DNA of 64,000 nt from a virus. Shown here one piece after another: positions 62,359 through 64,000 of the stretch. The translations under genes and the position numbers were made by a program. Numbering within the stretch: position 1 is the first letter of the stretch; the number at the start of each line of letters is the position of its first letter. The stretch lies in UHGV virus genome UHGV-0128973; one strand, 5' to 3'. The notes under the pieces are model-generated. The model did not search any database. It was given only the letters and a program-made list of their open reading frames with translations, and had not been told where the DNA came from.

Positions 62359-63842
62359 TGGCCAGAAGTTGCGTAACGGACCCACGTTGGCGCGAGCTGG
62401 TGGCGCTATATCGTTATGACTGGATTGCGGCCGCTGATGTGTTGTTTGGGAAGACACCAACCTGGCAGCAGGATGAGATCATTGAGTCCACGCAGCAGGA
62501 CGGCAGTTGGACAAGTGTGACCTCCGGCCATGGTACTGGTAAATCGGATATGACGAGTATCATTGCAATACTCTTCATCATGTTTTTCCCCGGCGCTCGC
62601 GTCATTCTGGTCGCTAACAAAAGACAGCAAGTCCTTGATGGTATTTTCAAATACATAAAGAGCAATTGGGCTACTGCTGTTAGCAGATTCCCGTGGTTGT
62701 CGAAGTATTTCATTCTTACAGAAACGTCTTTTTTTGAGGTGACTGGCAAGGGTGTTTGGACAATATTGATAAAGTCCTGTCGCCCCGGGAATGAGGAGGC
62801 GTTGGCTGGTGAACACGCCGATCATCTCTTGTATATCATCGACGAAGCGTCGGGTGTGAGTGATAAAGCATTCAGTGTGATAACAGGTGCGCTGACCGGT
62901 AAGGATAACCGTATTCTGCTTCTTTCCCAGCCTACGCGACCTTCAGGCTATTTCTACGATTCACACCACAGACTAGCTATTCGCCCGGGAAATCCTGATG
63001 GATTGTTTACTGCGATAATACTGAATAGTGAAGAATCTCCGCTTGTAGATGCAAAATTTATACGAGCAAAACTTGCGGAGTATGGCGGTCGTGATAACCC
63101 CATGTACATGATCAAAGTACGTGGTGAATTTCCCAAATCTCAAGATGGCTTTCTTCTTGGTCGTGATGAGGTTGAGCGGGCGACGCGGCGAAAGGTCAAG
63201 ATTGCCAAAGGATGGGGCTGGGTTGCATGTGTTGACGTTGCTGGTGGCACAGGACGAGATAAATCCGTTATTAATATCATGATGGTGTCCGGCCAGCGAA
63301 ATAAACGCCGTGTAATCAACTATCGTATGCTGGAATACACAGACGTTACAGAAACGCAGTTAGCCGCCAAGATTTTCGCAGAATGTAACCCAGAACGGTT
63401 CCCGAACATAACCATAGCTATTGATGGCGATGGCTTGGGGAAATCGACGGCTGATCTAATGTACGAACGCTATGGCATTACCGTCCAGCGTATCCGCTGG
63501 GGTAAAAAGATGCACAGCCGTGAAGATAAAAGCCTTTATTTCGATATGCGCGCTTTCGCGAATATTCAGGCGGCAGAAGCTGTAAAATCAGGGCGTATGA
63601 GGCTTGATAAGGGGGCTGCGACTATAGAGGAAGCATCAAAGATACCGGTAGGGATAAATTCCGCAGGTCAATGGAAGGTGATGTCAAAGGAAGATATGAA
63701 GAAAAAACTCAACCTGCACTCACCGGACCATTGGGATACATATTGTTTCGCTATGTTGGCGAACTATGTTCCCCAGGATGAAGTGCTTAGCGTCGAAGAC
63801 GAAGCGCAGGTTGATGAAGCTCTGGCATGGCTTAATGAATAA
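62358..63842 (+). CDS. pacB: Terminase large subunit
   Basis: ORF track; Walker [13 protein letters not shown] Walker B-like motif, C-terminal nuclease-like domain. Confidence 0.85.
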
Positions 63843-63866
63843 CTCATTAACCATGCCGGATAGAAA

Positions 63867-64000
63867 CTATTGCGCGCTTTCGGGGTTGTCGTTTACTGGC
63901 TGCCCCTTCTTAGTTTTACGGCTGCGCGTAACTGATGCGGCTGATTTGACCTTTTTCTCTTCGCGAGTGATGGCAATTTGTTTTTTTACATTTTCAATAT
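63867..64000 (-). CDS. C-terminal fragment of a minus-strand gene whose start lies beyond the window; possibly the C1 repressor by position
   Basis: Minus-strand open frame ending ...KKQIAITREEKKVKSAASVTRSRKTKKGQPVNDNPESAQ with stop at 63867-63869. Confidence 0.3.
   Translation of the reverse strand, partial: IENVKKQIAITREEKKVKSAASVTRSRKTKKGQPVNDNPESAQ

Overview
This 64 kb window reads as a large segment of a P1-like temperate phage-plasmid (punavirus-type). All calls rest on reading the sequence and translations directly; no database search was run. Minus-strand late/structural genes run from a 3'-truncated tail-fibre gene (1-3805), through baseplate genes and a 1280-aa Sit-like tape-measure/transglycosylase, to tail sheath and major capsid (20437-23793). 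The plasmid-maintenance block follows: parS, parB, parA, incA iterons, repA and an iteron/GATC/DnaA-box origin (23930-28650). Plus-strand modules are immunity-I (c4-like RNA, icd, ant) and kilA-repL (14300-17724), then hrdC-dmt, a tRNA cluster (Asn, Tyr-like, Thr, plus Ile2/CAU), TerB-like tciA and the DnaB-like helicase ban (31252-38499). A long early region follows (phosphatase, PAPS-reductase-like, HAD phosphatase, VRR-NUC, many small ORFs), then hot, a LexA box, humD, phd-doc, lpa, and pacA/pacB with a GATC-rich pac site. Eight copies of the 17-bp C1-operator-like motif ATTGCTCTAATAAATTT are spread through the window. Features that look accessory or unexplained: a Hok/Mok/Sok-like type I toxin locus; a two-gene GIY-YIG-like insert between incA and parA; a secreted protein that copies a short Sit motif; an array of long inverted-repeat structured elements interleaved with the tRNAs; and a cluster of overlapping enzyme-like early genes. 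Gene symbols are assigned by recognisable protein sequence and gene order. The ORF track evidently uses ATG/GTG/TTG starts, so several starts are approximate.
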